Positions 46,383 through 57,335 of a DNA stretch of 64,000 nt are shown one piece after another. The first letter of the stretch is position 1; each line of letters opens with the position of its first letter. The translations under genes were made by a program, and so were the position numbers. Source of the stretch: Pseudomonadota bacterium (GTDB taxonomy: Bacteria > Pseudomonadota > Gammaproteobacteria > Pseudomonadales > Pseudomonadaceae); assembly GCA_040385585.1 (NCBI GenBank), contig JAZKHB010000015.1, positions 2,545 to 66,544 on the forward strand. The letters run 5' to 3'. The notes under the pieces were generated by a model. The model was not told where the DNA came from and ran no database searches. It saw nothing but the letters and a program-made list of their open reading frames with translations.

Positions 46383-47188
46383 GTATCCATCCTTTGCGTC
46401 AGAGGTGCATCAGGGTGCGGGTTACGGCTCAGGGCCGCCAATAAGGCCGCGGCACTTGCACCACGACAGTCCACCACTGCCTGGGCGCCGGCAGCTCGTG
46501 CCAGCTCGGCTACACGGGCACTGGGTACGAACAGGGGCAAGCGGGCCAGTTGCGGCCAGGCCTCGGCGGCCAGCCGCCGCAGGTGCTCGAAGCCCTGCCC
46601 ACTGCTGACCACCAGGCCATTCAAGCGTTCCGCCTGGATCCGCTGCACCAGGCAGTCCTTGGGGTACTCGGGCAGCTGCCTGCGATAAAGGGTCAGATAG
46701 TCGACCACAACGCCCTGGCCGCGCAAGCACTCGGCCAGGGCTTCGCGACCGCCCTCTCCGCGCAGGATCAGTACCCGCGGCGCATGGGCGGTCAAGGCGG
46801 CGGCCAGTTCGGGCAGGGCCAGCAGGGCCTCGCTGTCCTCCCCTGTCTCCGGATGGAAGACCTGCACACCGTGGTTGGCGAGTATCTGCGCGGTCGCCGC
46901 ACCCACCGCGAACCAGGGTCGATCGGCCAGGGGCGGGGGCCGGTAGCGGTCGAGCAGCGCCAGCCCCAGGCGGGCGGCGGGCTTGCTCACCGCGATCACC
47001 GCGCAGTACCGATCCAGGTCGCGGAAAGTGGCGCCCTGCTCGGCGGTTTCGGGCAACGGCTCGATGACCAGCAACGGCAGGCTGCTGCTGGCGACGCCGA
47101 CTTCTGCCAGTTGGCAGGCCAGGGCCGGACACTCTTCGGCCGGCCGCGTCAGCAGCAGGCGCCAGGCCGTCAGACCGTCGCCTGTCAC
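46379..47188 (-). CDS. hemD: Uroporphyrinogen-III synthase
   Basis: ...[24 protein letters not shown].... There is no ATG near the conserved N-terminus. GTG 47188 overlaps the hemC stop (GTGA). The track's upstream extension lies inside hemC. Confidence 0.8.
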   Translation of the reverse strand: MTGDGLTAWRLLLTRPAEECPALACQLAEVGVASSSLPLLVIEPLPETAEQGATFRDLDRYCAVIAVSKPAARLGLALLDRYRPPPLADRPWFAVGAATAQILANHGVQVFHPETGEDSEALLALPELAAALTAHAPRVLILRGEGGREALAECLRGQGVVVDYLTLYRRQLPEYPKDCLVQRIQAERLNGLVVSSGQGFEHLRRLAAEAWPQLARLPLFVPSARVAELARAAGAQAVVDCRGASAAALLAALSRNPHPDAPLTQRMDT

Positions 47189-48123
47189 CCTTGTCCAGCC
47201 TCGCCATAGACCGCCTGCAGGATGGCGGCCGCGCCTTGAGCCAGCAGCGCTTCGGCCACCTGCACACCCAGGGCCTGGGGCTCGCTCAAAGGTCCACGGG
47301 CCTCGGCCCGCAACAGCAGGCCGCCGTCCGGCTGGCCGACCAGACCGCGCAACCACAGGTGCTCGTCTTCGAGTACCGCGTAGCAGGCGATCGGTACCTG
47401 GCAGCCGCCGTTGAGGTGCTTGTTCAGAGCCCGCTCGGCCGTCACCCGCAGGGCAGTGTCGCCATGGTGCAGGGGCGCCAACAGGGCGTGAATGTCAGGG
47501 TCGGCGCTGCGACACTCGATGCCCACCGCCCCCTGGCCACCGGCCGGCAGGCTGTCCTGCACGCTGAGACTGGAGCGGATGCGCTCGGCAAACCCCAGGC
47601 GGATCAGCCCGGCGGCGGCCAGGATAATAGCGTCGTACTCGCCGGCATCCAGTTTGGCCAGACGGGTATTGACGTTGCCGCGCAGGAACTGGATTTTCAG
47701 ATCGGGTCGACGTGCCAGCAGCTGCGCCTGGCGGCGCAGGCTGGAGGTGCCGACCACGCTGCCGGCCGGTAGCGCCTCCAGGCTGGCGTAGGCGTTGGAG
47801 ACGAAGGCATCGCGCGGGTCTTCGCGCTCGCAGATGCAGTACAGGCCCAGGCCTTCGGGGAAATCCATCGGCACATCCTTCATGGAATGCACGGCGATAT
47901 CGGCCTCCTGCTCCAGCAGCGCGGTTTCCAGTTCCTTGACGAACAGGCCCTTGCCGCCGATTTTCGCCAGGGGTGCGTCGAGCAGCTTGTCACCGCGGCT
48001 GACCATGGGCACCAGGCTGACGCGCAGCCCCGGGTGGGCCTGTTCCAGGCGCGCCTTGACGTGTTCGGCCTGCCACAGGGCCAAGGCACTTTTGCGGGTA
48101 GCAATGCGGATTTCGCGGTTCAT
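47185..48123 (-). CDS. hemC: Hydroxymethylbilane synthase (porphobilinogen deaminase)
   Basis: [26 protein letters not shown]...VPMVSRGDK...[11 protein letters not shown]. Confidence 0.96.
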   Translation of the reverse strand: MNREIRIATRKSALALWQAEHVKARLEQAHPGLRVSLVPMVSRGDKLLDAPLAKIGGKGLFVKELETALLEQEADIAVHSMKDVPMDFPEGLGLYCICEREDPRDAFVSNAYASLEALPAGSVVGTSSLRRQAQLLARRPDLKIQFLRGNVNTRLAKLDAGEYDAIILAAAGLIRLGFAERIRSSLSVQDSLPAGGQGAVGIECRSADPDIHALLAPLHHGDTALRVTAERALNKHLNGGCQVPIACYAVLEDEHLWLRGLVGQPDGGLLLRAEARGPLSEPQALGVQVAEALLAQGAAAILQAVYGEAGQG

Positions 48124-48243
48124 GGGCCATTCCGGAAGACGAATTGCCGCGATGATAACAGGATTGACGCGCCGGCCGATTTGGCCGGGATCAAGGAAGA
48201 CGCTGCACGCGGAGGAAGAACGCCGGGCGTTCTAGAACGGCCG

Positions 48244-48990
48244 TCAGAGGTTGTGCATCAGCTTGCGCACACCCGCCACATGACGACGGCTGACGGTCAG
48301 GGCATCGCCGTTCATGCCCTTGAGAAACAGCTGGAAGTGGCCGAGCGGGGTGCGCTGCAGGCGTTCGATGCGCTCGCGGGCGACCAGGGAATTGCGGTGG
48401 ATGCGCACGAAGCGCTCACCAAATTCGTCCTCCAGGGCCTTGAGCGGCTCGTCCAGCAGCACTTCGCCGCCCTCGTGGCGCAGGGTCACGTACTTGTGGT
48501 CGGCGATAAAGAAGATCACCTGGTCCAGGGGAATCAGCTCGATGCCCTTGCGGGTTCGCGCGCTGATATGGCTGCGCGGACCGCCACCGTTGTCCGGGAC
48601 GGGACGGGTCAGGGCGGCGAGCTGCACCCGGTTGGGTCGCTCGGCTTTTTTCAAGGCCTCGACCAGCGCTTCCTGGCGCACCGGCTTGACCAGGTAACCG
48701 ACGGCACTGACCTGGAAGGCTTCCACGGCGAATTCATCATAGGCGGTGCAGAAGATCACCGCCGGCGGCGCATCGCGCTCGCAGAGTTTGGCCGCCACCT
48801 GCAGGCCGTCCAGGCCAGGCATGCGGATATCGAGCAGCACCACGTCGGGCTTCAGGCTGTCGATCAGCTGCAACGCCTCTTCGCCATTGCTGGCGCTGGG
48901 CTCCAGCACAGTGTAACCCTCGAGTTCACCGAGCATTCGGCTCAGGCGCTCGCGGGCCAGGGGTTCGTCATCAACGATCAGGACATTCAT
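48244..48990 (-). CDS. algR: LytTR-family response regulator AlgR
   Basis: MNVLIVDDEPLARERLSRML...VVLLDIRMPGLDG, plus a C-terminal LytTR domain (HKYVTLRHEGGEVLLD). ATGA overlap with algZ. Confidence 0.94.
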   Translation of the reverse strand: MNVLIVDDEPLARERLSRMLGELEGYTVLEPSASNGEEALQLIDSLKPDVVLLDIRMPGLDGLQVAAKLCERDAPPAVIFCTAYDEFAVEAFQVSAVGYLVKPVRQEALVEALKKAERPNRVQLAALTRPVPDNGGGPRSHISARTRKGIELIPLDQVIFFIADHKYVTLRHEGGEVLLDEPLKALEDEFGERFVRIHRNSLVARERIERLQRTPLGHFQLFLKGMNGDALTVSRRHVAGVRKLMHNL

Positions 48991-50069
48991 AGTGCTCGGG
49001 CTTCCTGCGTGAGTCGCGTACATGGATAGCGTAGACAGGTGAAGTGCCGCCCGTCACGGCGATTGACGCTGAGACTCGCCCGCGACCCGAAAAGTGCCGT
49101 GAGTCGTGCATCAATATTCACCAATGCCTGCTGCGTGCCCCGTGAGGGCGGCGCTTCCAGGCTGTCCTCGTAGGGGCTGCTGACGCACAGTTCAAACACC
49201 CCGTTGCGGTAGTCGGCCTCTACGCACACCAGCCCGCCCTCGATCCGCGGCTGAATGCCATAGATCAGGGCATTTTCCAGCAGCGGCTGCAAGGTCAGCT
49301 GGGGAATCGGCAGGTCGTCCGGCACCCCCTCCACCTGCCACTGCAGCTGCAAACGCTCACCCAGGCGATAGCGCTCGATGGACAGGTAACGCTGGGCCAG
49401 TTCCAGCTCGTCGCGCCAGGGCACCAGGCTGCCCGGCTTGGCCAGGCTGGCGCGGAACAGATCGGAGAGGTCCAGCACCGCCTGCTCGGCCTTGTAGGGG
49501 TCGCTCGCCACCAGGCTGGCAATGCTGTTCAGGCTGTTGAACAGAAAATGCGGGCGGATGCGCGCCTGCAGGGACTCGATGCGCGCCCGCAGCTCGGCCT
49601 GTTGTTGCTGGCGCCACTGACTCTGCAGGTAGAAATAGCGCAGCAACAGCGCCGACATGATCAGGCCGATCAGGGCATGGCGCAGGTACAGGTTGACCTC
49701 TCCGGTGCGCTGCAAGGGCCCGCCCAACTGGTAAAAATCCGCCACGGCGGTGCACAGCAGTGTCAGGCCGACCACGATGGCGCAGCCGGAAATCCCCGCC
49801 AGGGGCGTGCTCATGCGCCGCAGAAACGGCCGCAGTCGGCACATCAGCGCGGCCGACAGCAGCACGATCCATTGCACGAACAACGAAGTCAGCGCCAGGC
49901 GCACCCAGTTGAAGCCCGGCTGCATGGGCTCGGACAGCACCAGCACCAGCACCAGCAATTCGGCGAGCAGCACCATGCTCAACAGTGCCTCGGGCAGGCA
50001 CAGTTCCGGCAGGAAGAAGTCGTCGGTGGGCGCAGGCGCGCTTTTTGTCTTGAACCAGTCGATTAGCAT
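48987..50069 (-). CDS. algZ: Sensor histidine kinase AlgZ/FimS (LytS-type, His_kinase 5TM)
   Basis: MLIDWFKT..., multi-TM N-terminus, then RIRPHFLFNSLNSIASL (H-box of the LytS/YehU family). Confidence 0.88.
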   Translation of the reverse strand: MLIDWFKTKSAPAPTDDFFLPELCLPEALLSMVLLAELLVLVLVLSEPMQPGFNWVRLALTSLFVQWIVLLSAALMCRLRPFLRRMSTPLAGISGCAIVVGLTLLCTAVADFYQLGGPLQRTGEVNLYLRHALIGLIMSALLLRYFYLQSQWRQQQQAELRARIESLQARIRPHFLFNSLNSIASLVASDPYKAEQAVLDLSDLFRASLAKPGSLVPWRDELELAQRYLSIERYRLGERLQLQWQVEGVPDDLPIPQLTLQPLLENALIYGIQPRIEGGLVCVEADYRNGVFELCVSSPYEDSLEAPPSRGTQQALVNIDARLTALFGSRASLSVNRRDGRHFTCLRYPCTRLTQEARAL

Positions 50070-50302
50070 GGCAACAGTGTCCGCGTGAGCCCGACGAACG
50101 GCAAGGCAGTGCGCCACGGCCGGGCAAAATCAGGTGCCCAAATGCAGGACCGACCTCGAAACTGTGACGGAGCCGGCATTGCCGGCGCGGCGATTTTGCC
50201 GGCAGGCCCTGTTATTATCGACGCCCTGCGTCCCACGCGCCGGTCGCCGCAGGCGAACAACCGGTTATTTGCGCCTTTTTTCTGCACCAGCCGAGCGATT
50301 CC

Positions 50303-51697
50303 ATGAGCATTGAGCAGACCAACCAATCCTGGGGCGGCCGCTTCAGCGAACCCGTCGACGCCTTCGTCGCCCGCTTCACCGCCTCGGTGACCTTCGACCA
50401 GCGCCTGTACCGCCACGACATCATGGGCTCGATCGCCCACGCGACCATGCTGGCCCAGGTCGGCGTGCTGACCGATGCCGAGCGCGACAGCATCGTCGAC
50501 GGCCTGACGCAGATTCAGGGCGAGATCGAGGCCGGCCAGTTCGACTGGCGGGTCGACCTGGAAGACGTGCACATGAACATCGAGGCGCGGCTGACCGACC
50601 GCATCGGCGTCACCGGCAAGAAGCTGCACACCGGCCGTTCGCGCAACGACCAGGTCGCCACCGATATCCGCCTGTGGCTGCGCGACGAAATCGACCTGAT
50701 CCTGGCCGAGATCACCCGCCTGCAGCAGGGCCTGCTGGAGCAGGCCGAGCGCGAAGCCGAGAGCATCATGCCCGGCTTCACCCATCTGCAGACCGCGCAA
50801 CCCGTGACCTTCGGCCATCACCTGCTGGCCTGGTTCGAGATGCTCAGCCGCGATTACGAACGCCTGGTCGATTGCCGCAAGCGCACCAACCGCATGCCCC
50901 TGGGCAGCGCGGCGCTCGCCGGCACCACCTACCCGATCCGCCGCGAGGTCACGGCCCGGCTGCTGGGCTTCGACGCCGTGGGCGGCAACTCCCTGGACGG
51001 CGTCTCGGATCGCGATTTCGCCATCGAATTCTGCGCCGCGGCCAGCATCGCCATGATGCACCTGTCGCGCTTCTCCGAAGAGCTGGTGCTCTGGACCAGC
51101 GCGCAGTTTCAATTCATCGATTTGCCGGATCGTTTTTGCACCGGCAGCTCGATCATGCCGCAGAAGAAGAACCCGGATGTGCCGGAGCTGGTGCGTGGCA
51201 AGAGCGGCCGGGTGTTCGGCGCGCTGATGGGCCTGTTGACCCTGATGAAGGGCCAACCCCTGGCCTATAACAAGGACAACCAGGAAGACAAGGAACCCTT
51301 GTTCGACGCCGCCGATACCTTGCGCGACTCGTTGCGCGCCTTCGCCGACATGATCCCGGCGATCAAACCCCGGCACGCGGTCATGCGCGAGGCGGCGCTG
51401 CGCGGCTTTTCCACCGCCACCGACCTGGCCGACTACCTGGTGCGCAAGGGCCTGCCGTTTCGCGACTGCCACGAGATCGTCGGCCATGCGGTGAAATACG
51501 GCGTGCAGAGCGGCAAGGACCTGGCCGAGATGAGCCTGGAGGAGCTGCGCCAGTTCAGCGACCAGATCGAGCAGGAGGTGTTCGCCGTGCTCACCCTGGA
51601 AGGCTCGGTGAATGCCCGCGACCATGTCGGTGGCACCGCGCCCAACCAGGTACGCGCCGCCGTGGTGCGCGGCCGGGAACTGCTGGCCGGTCGTTGA
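50303..51697 (+). CDS. argH: Argininosuccinate lyase
   Basis: [20 protein letters not shown]...[20 protein letters not shown] (fumarate-lyase signature). Confidence 0.97.
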   Translation: MSIEQTNQSWGGRFSEPVDAFVARFTASVTFDQRLYRHDIMGSIAHATMLAQVGVLTDAERDSIVDGLTQIQGEIEAGQFDWRVDLEDVHMNIEARLTDRIGVTGKKLHTGRSRNDQVATDIRLWLRDEIDLILAEITRLQQGLLEQAEREAESIMPGFTHLQTAQPVTFGHHLLAWFEMLSRDYERLVDCRKRTNRMPLGSAALAGTTYPIRREVTARLLGFDAVGGNSLDGVSDRDFAIEFCAAASIAMMHLSRFSEELVLWTSAQFQFIDLPDRFCTGSSIMPQKKNPDVPELVRGKSGRVFGALMGLLTLMKGQPLAYNKDNQEDKEPLFDAADTLRDSLRAFADMIPAIKPRHAVMREAALRGFSTATDLADYLVRKGLPFRDCHEIVGHAVKYGVQSGKDLAEMSLEELRQFSDQIEQEVFAVLTLEGSVNARDHVGGTAPNQVRAAVVRGRELLAGR

Positions 51698-51882
51698 CCG
51701 GGCATCGGCAGGCGCCCCGCCCATCGCGCGGCGCCGCCGGTGAAAGAGGCATTAGGTGCCGATAGCGGCTTTTGTCGCTTACACTCTCGCGCCGAAATCC
51801 AGCATCTGCTGGCGCTGCTCAGGGTCACGCGCAGTACTGAATCCATGCCTGCGGATATGCGGACCAGCCCCGACGAACCCTT

Positions 51883-52809
51883 GTGAACACTACTCCTCGC
51901 ACCGCACTGCTTCGCGCCTGCACCCGGCACACCCTGGATCGCCAGGCGTGCGCCTTGACCCTGTTTCTGACACTGCTCCTGCTCGGCGGCTGCGCCAGTC
52001 CAGTGCCGCGACCCATTTCACCCAGTGTCGCACCGATCCGTTTTCTGCTGAGTTTCGACGACGGCCCCAGCGCGAGCCTAGGGACCAACCCAACCCGTTC
52101 GATCCTCGACGACCTGGCGCGCAACCCGGTGCAACCGGGGATCAAGGCGCTGTTTTTCGTGCAGACCCGCGCGACGGGTGCTGGCGGCAGCGCCCAGGGA
52201 CGCGCCTTGCTGCGACGCGAGCAGCGTGAAGGCCATCTGCTGGGCTTTCACACCGCCACCCCCGGGCATGCCAACCATCGGCTATTGACTCCCCTGGCGC
52301 TGGAGCAATCGCTGCAGGACGGCGTGGCCGATCTCAGCGCCGTACTCGGCGCCGCGCCCAAACTGGTGCGGCCGCCTTTCTGGAGTTACGACGCCCGCAC
52401 CTTTGCCGCCTACCAGGCCCACGACCTGGAGATGCTGCTGACCGATCTGAGCGCCAACGATGGCAAGATCTGGGGCATCAACGGCAGCCTGCGTCGGCGC
52501 AGCAACCTGCGCGATCAGCTGGCCCGGGTGGCCGGGCAGATCCGAGCCGACGAGCTACCCGTGGTGGACGGGGTGATTCCCGTGATCGTGACCTTCCACG
52601 ACCTCAATACCTACACCGCCCGGCATATGCAGGAGTACCTGCAGATCCTGCTGGATGTGGCCGCAGACGTCGGCCTGGCCACGGCGACCAAGCCCTTCTA
52701 CGACCAGCACGAGGCTCTGGAACAGGCGGCTCTGGCCCGCACCCTGAAGGACACCGCGCAGCACGCCCACCTGCCGGGCATCTGGAACTGGCTCTGGCTC
52801 TCCCGTTGA
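51883..52809 (+). CDS. Polysaccharide-deacetylase-family lipoprotein
   Basis: GTG start; lipobox LLLLGGCAS; NodB-like LLSFDDGP and FHTATPGH. Confidence 0.7.
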   Translation: MNTTPRTALLRACTRHTLDRQACALTLFLTLLLLGGCASPVPRPISPSVAPIRFLLSFDDGPSASLGTNPTRSILDDLARNPVQPGIKALFFVQTRATGAGGSAQGRALLRREQREGHLLGFHTATPGHANHRLLTPLALEQSLQDGVADLSAVLGAAPKLVRPPFWSYDARTFAAYQAHDLEMLLTDLSANDGKIWGINGSLRRRSNLRDQLARVAGQIRADELPVVDGVIPVIVTFHDLNTYTARHMQEYLQILLDVAADVGLATATKPFYDQHEALEQAALARTLKDTAQHAHLPGIWNWLWLSR

Positions 52810-52816
52810 GCGGCGC

Positions 52817-53476
52817 TTAACGACCCGCGCGCACCTTGGCCAGGAAGGCAGCCATTTCCGTATCCTTGTCCGCGGCAATGCGCTGCACGTGGGGGTTCTG
52901 CTTGAACAGGGCGAACAGCGCGCTGGCCGCCGGGAAATCGGCCAGCAGGTCCAGGTCGAAGAGTTTCTTCGCCACCACGCAGGCCAGGTCCAGGCTGTAG
53001 AGAAAATACAGGTCCGCCAGGCTCAGGCTGTCGCCGGCCACATAGGGGGCGAAGCGGCCATGACGCTTGAGGGCGGCGACCCCGGCCAGCAACTCGGCCT
53101 TGCTCTTGGCCTTGATCGCCTCGTCGACCCGTCCGCCAAAGAACGCCTCGAGGTAGCAGGCCCTGGCGGGCAACTCGATATACAGCTCGATTTCGCGCAT
53201 CAACGCCCGTACCTGGGCCCGGGCGAAGGGTTCGGCGGGCAGCAGCGGCCTGCCGCCCTGGCTGTCTTCAAGGTAGTCGAGGATCACGCTGGTTTCGCTG
53301 ATGAAACCCTGCTCCGTTTGCAGAACGGGCACCTTGCCGCGCGGGCTGATGGCCAGAAAGGCCTCGTCCTGGCTGCCCGACACCTGGACCACCTCGAACG
53401 GCAGGCCTTTTTCCAGCAGCGCCAGCTTGACCATATTGAAGTAATTGCTGACGGCAAATCCGTGAAGCTTGAGCAT
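52817..53476 (-). CDS. Glutathione S-transferase family protein
   Basis: MLKLHGFAVSNYFNMVKLALLEKGLPFE...ISPRGKVPVL...ISETSVILDYLED. Confidence 0.88.
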   Translation of the reverse strand: MLKLHGFAVSNYFNMVKLALLEKGLPFEVVQVSGSQDEAFLAISPRGKVPVLQTEQGFISETSVILDYLEDSQGGRPLLPAEPFARAQVRALMREIELYIELPARACYLEAFFGGRVDEAIKAKSKAELLAGVAALKRHGRFAPYVAGDSLSLADLYFLYSLDLACVVAKKLFDLDLLADFPAASALFALFKQNPHVQRIAADKDTEMAAFLAKVRAGR

Positions 53477-53636
53477 GAGCACTCTCCAACGCAGTAACCA
53501 AAGGGGCACCGATAACACTTCATAGCCTTAACGCGACACGACGCCCAGCAGTATCGATGCACTGAATGCCAGGGTCACAGCCGCGCCCTTGACCATGGCA
53601 CACTTGCCGCCTGTTTACCTTTTCCACAGGTCACCC

Positions 53637-53909
53637 ATGAGCGAACACGACGACAACGATGAAAGCTTTGCCGAGCAGACCCTGATCCAGGCCATCGTAA
53701 ACCAGCTGGAGGCCGACAGCCCGCCGGCCGTGCGCGCCACCCTGAACAAGCTGACCCTGGTCGGTTATCCGCGCGAGGAAATCCTGCACCTGATGGCCCT
53801 GGTGCTGGCGCACGAGATCGAGGCCATGCTGCGCGAAGACCGGCCCTTCGATGGCGCCTGGTACGAGCAGGCCCTGCGCGCCCTGCCGGACCTGCCGCCG
53901 GTTCCCTGA
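53637..53909 (+). CDS. Small acidic hypothetical protein
   Basis: MSEHDDNDESFAEQTLIQAIVNQLEADSPP..., 90 aa. Family not recognised. Confidence 0.5.
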   Translation: MSEHDDNDESFAEQTLIQAIVNQLEADSPPAVRATLNKLTLVGYPREEILHLMALVLAHEIEAMLREDRPFDGAWYEQALRALPDLPPVP

Positions 53910-54084
53910 CAGGCCTGGGTGACCCGCAGATTCGCCCCGACCGGTCGCTCGCAAAGAGCCGCGACAGGGCAGGCCGGACCTGACTACACTGCAAAAACCC
54001 CGCGGCCACATGACGCCGGGGCGTCCACCGGGCACTGGTCGCTTACAGCGCCACGGTTTATCCCTTGTAGAGCCTGGAGCAATT

Positions 54085-54330
54085 ATGTCTTTTACCCCCG
54101 AGCTGGTTGCTGAACTGGAAATCCTTGCACTGTTCAATCTGGCCAATACCCAGGAGGGTCTGAAGGTTCATCACGTCGCCGCCCCCAAGGCCATCGACGC
54201 CACCCAGCGCCTGCATGACAAGGGCCTGATCACCCAGGCCGACGGTGGCTACCTGACCAGCCTGGGGCTGGAGGCCGCCAAGCACGCGCAATCGCTGTTG
54301 ACCGTTCTGGCGGTGCAAGAGCCTGCATGA
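54085..54330 (+). CDS. TIGR02647-like small DNA-binding-type protein
   Basis: MSFTPELVAELEILALFNLANTQEGLKVHH...KGLITQADGGYLTSLG. Shine-Dalgarno GGAGC. Lies upstream of cyaA, as in other pseudomonads (from memory). Confidence 0.55.
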   Translation: MSFTPELVAELEILALFNLANTQEGLKVHHVAAPKAIDATQRLHDKGLITQADGGYLTSLGLEAAKHAQSLLTVLAVQEPA

Positions 54331-54431
54331 GGCCGCTTGCCGTGTCGCCGTTCCTGGCGGCGGCGCGGCGACAGCTGCCTTCGCGCAGTACGGGCTGATA
54401 CTCTTGGGCAATCACCCGCAGTGACGACCCC

Positions 54432-57299
54432 ATGACGCGCACCCAGGAAATCCGCCCCGATCTCGAAGACGGCATCGACCGCAAGGTCATGGCGCAACTG
54501 CGCGCGCGCTTCCTCAAGGTCAACAGCGGACGCCTGGAGCGGGCCATGCAAGCCCTGTCCACGCGCCAACAGCTGGTGCTCAAGCTCCTGCCGCTGCTGT
54601 TCCACGTCAATCACCCCCTGCTGCCCGGCTATGTTTCGGCTCAGACCCCGGCCGGCCTGTCGGGCTTCGAGCCGGACGAAGCGCTGCTGGCCGAAGCACA
54701 GCGCCTGACCCGCTCCTTCGCCTACAAGCCGCGTCGCGGCAGTAACCCACCGCGCCCGATTCACGGCCTGTTTCTGATGGGCAGCCTGGGCACGCTGGCC
54801 CAGGCCGAGCAGAGCGACATGGACCTGTGGGTCTGCCACGCCCCCGACCTGTCGCCCCAGGAACTGCTCGACCTGCAAAGAAAATGCACGCACCTGGAAG
54901 CCTGGGCGGCGACCCTGGGCGCCGAGGTGCATTGCTTCCTGATCGACCCGGTGCGCTTCACCGTCGGCGATCGCGAGGCGCTGCTGACCTCGGACGACTG
55001 CGGCACCACCCAGCACTACCTGCTGCTCGACGAGTTCTACCGCACGGCGATCTGGTTGGCCGGGCGCACGCCGCTCTGGTGGCTGGTGCCGGTGTACGAG
55101 GAACCGCGCTACCAGGCCTACACCCAGGCCTTGTTGAGCAAGCGCTTCGTCCGCGCCGAGGACGTGCTCGATCTCGGTCACCTCGCGCGGATCCCGCCGG
55201 GGGAGTTTCTCGGCGCCGGCATGTGGCAGCTGTTCAAGGGCATCGAGTCGCCCTACAAGTCGGTGCTCAAGCTGTTGCTGACCGAGGTCTATGCCAGCGA
55301 GCACCCGGACGTGCAGTGCTTGAGCCTGCGCTTCAAACAGGCGGTGTATGCCAATAGCCTGGATCTGGACGAGCTGGACCCTTACACCGTGGTCTACCGT
55401 CGCCTGGAGGAGTACCTGGGTAAGCGCGGCGAGTCCGAGCGCCTGGAGCTGATCCGCCGCTGCCTGTACCTGAAGGTCGGCAAGAAACTCAGCATCCCTC
55501 CGCCCCGCGGACGTGGCAAAAGCTGGCAACGTCTGCTGCTCGAACGCCTGACCGCCGACTGGAACTGGGACAACCGCCAACTGACCCTGCTCGACAGCCG
55601 CAGCCAATGGAAGGTGCGTCAGGTCGGCGCCGAACGCCGCGCCCTGGTCAACGAGCTGACTTACAGCTACCGCTTCCTGTCCGAATTCGCCCGTACCGAA
55701 CAAGCCGTCAGCTCGCTTAACAGCCGCGACCTGGGCATTCTCGGGCGGCGCCTGTACGCGGCGTTCGAGCGCAAGGCTGGCAAAGTGGAATTTATCAACC
55801 CGGGCATCGCCCCCGACCTGGGCGAGGACATCCTGACCCTGGTGCAAAGCCCCAGTCCCGAGGCGCCCGACGAGCTGCAGTGGGCCTTGTTCAACGGCAG
55901 CTTGAACGCCCAGGAATGGCCGGATTTCGCCCCGCTCAAGCGGGCCCGCGAACTGATCGAGCTCCTGGCCTGGTGTCATCGCAACGGCGTGATCGATAAC
56001 AGCACGCGGCTGTCGCTGCACCCGGGCTCCAGCGACCTGAGCGAGTTCGAGCTGTCCAACCTGCTGACCAGCCTGCAACAGGTGCTACCCCTGCCGCTGG
56101 CGCCGGTGGTGGAAAGCGCCCTGCTGCACGCCAGCACCCCGCGCCAGGTGCTGTTGTTGGTGAATGTCGGCGTGGACCCGCTCAAGCAGCACAGCCAGCT
56201 GAACCTGCACATGACCACCGGCCGCACCGATTCGCTGGGCTATTCCGGGGTGCGCGAAAACCTGGTGCTGACCCTCGACCAGATCAGCCTGAACAGCTGG
56301 AACGAGCTGATCGTCCAGCGCTACGAAGGCCCTACGGCCCTGCTCGACTGCCTGCGCGACTTTCTCAACGGCCCGACGCTCGATGCCGCCGCCCCGGACC
56401 TGCAGGTGCGCTGCTTCTGCCGCAACCGCGCCCAGGCCATCGGCGAGCGGGTCCGGGAGCTGTTCCAGGATGCCCTGGTTCATCTGGGCGGCGCGAAAAC
56501 CCTGAGCCAGCCTCGTTACCTGCTGCAGGTCCAACAGCATTTCCACATGCTGCAGCGCAGCGCCGGCCAGGTGCGCCACCGCAGCCTGGCCGACCTGCCG
56601 GCGCTGCTCAGCCACCTGGGCGAAGCGCAGCCGCGCTACAGCCCGCTGCACCTGGACCGCTACGCCCTGGAAGGTGAAGACCTGGCGCTGATCCTGCCCC
56701 AGGCCCGCCCCGGCAGCATCCAGGTGTTCTACCGCCTGGTCGAGCAGGACCAGGCCGAGTTGACGGTGCTGGACGAGCACAATGCCCTGTGGCGTCAGCG
56801 CCTGGCCTTTCGCGACGAACACAGCCTGCTGACCCCGCTGCAGCGCTTTCTGCAATCGCAGCTGTACCGGCGCAACGCCCTGGTCGCCCTGGACAACCCG
56901 CAGCCGCCGCCGGCCCTGGAGGTGCTGTATTACCAGGTGCTGCCGTCGGCACCGTTGCGGGCCCGCAGCCTGGAACGCCGCCCGGCGCCACCGGCACCGC
57001 TCAGCCATCCCTTCTACGACGTGCAGGCGATCATAGTCCCGGCCGACGGCAAACCGGTGCACGTGACCCTGTACTGCAACCACCGGGAGTTTTCCGAACT
57101 GGAATACGGCCAGGATCTCTATGCCGCCGTGGCGCGGCATATCCTCACCCGACGCCGCACGCCCGAGCACTACCCCTGCTACATCACCGACCTGGACCTG
57201 TCAGCCGTCTTCGGCGAAGGCCAGGCCCAGACCGTGCATTGCCTGCGCTACAAGGCCGAACTGGAAGAGGCGCTGAACAGCGCTTTGCAGCGGGTCTGA
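54432..57299 (+). CDS. cyaA: Class I adenylate cyclase
   Basis: 955 aa. RFLKVNSGRLERAMQALSTRQQLVLKLLPLLFHVNHPLLPGY...SDMDLWVCH are typical class-I CyaA N-terminal motifs. Confidence 0.95.
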   Translation: MTRTQEIRPDLEDGIDRKVMAQLRARFLKVNSGRLERAMQALSTRQQLVLKLLPLLFHVNHPLLPGYVSAQTPAGLSGFEPDEALLAEAQRLTRSFAYKPRRGSNPPRPIHGLFLMGSLGTLAQAEQSDMDLWVCHAPDLSPQELLDLQRKCTHLEAWAATLGAEVHCFLIDPVRFTVGDREALLTSDDCGTTQHYLLLDEFYRTAIWLAGRTPLWWLVPVYEEPRYQAYTQALLSKRFVRAEDVLDLGHLARIPPGEFLGAGMWQLFKGIESPYKSVLKLLLTEVYASEHPDVQCLSLRFKQAVYANSLDLDELDPYTVVYRRLEEYLGKRGESERLELIRRCLYLKVGKKLSIPPPRGRGKSWQRLLLERLTADWNWDNRQLTLLDSRSQWKVRQVGAERRALVNELTYSYRFLSEFARTEQAVSSLNSRDLGILGRRLYAAFERKAGKVEFINPGIAPDLGEDILTLVQSPSPEAPDELQWALFNGSLNAQEWPDFAPLKRARELIELLAWCHRNGVIDNSTRLSLHPGSSDLSEFELSNLLTSLQQVLPLPLAPVVESALLHASTPRQVLLLVNVGVDPLKQHSQLNLHMTTGRTDSLGYSGVRENLVLTLDQISLNSWNELIVQRYEGPTALLDCLRDFLNGPTLDAAAPDLQVRCFCRNRAQAIGERVRELFQDALVHLGGAKTLSQPRYLLQVQQHFHMLQRSAGQVRHRSLADLPALLSHLGEAQPRYSPLHLDRYALEGEDLALILPQARPGSIQVFYRLVEQDQAELTVLDEHNALWRQRLAFRDEHSLLTPLQRFLQSQLYRRNALVALDNPQPPPALEVLYYQVLPSAPLRARSLERRPAPPAPLSHPFYDVQAIIVPADGKPVHVTLYCNHREFSELEYGQDLYAAVARHILTRRRTPEHYPCYITDLDLSAVFGEGQAQTVHCLRYKAELEEALNSALQRV

Positions 57300-57335
57300 G
57301 GACAGGGCCACAGCCACGTCTGACCCGCATGGTAA

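Noticed and set aside
48205-48243. Small hairpin AGAACGCC-CGG-CGTTCT downstream of algR as a possible terminator
   Set aside because: It has a 3-nt loop and no T-tract. algR-hemC read-through is plausible, so the support is insufficient.
54249-56078. 609-aa minus-strand ORF (with analogous long ORFs at 50063-51724, 58633-60207, 38572-40242, 29515-31308 and 56085-57170)
   Set aside because: All are antisense or out-of-frame shadows of cyaA, argH, lysA, the ABC-F gene, and the amidohydrolase/propeller genes. They lack motifs and have skewed Arg/Gly/Ala/His composition.
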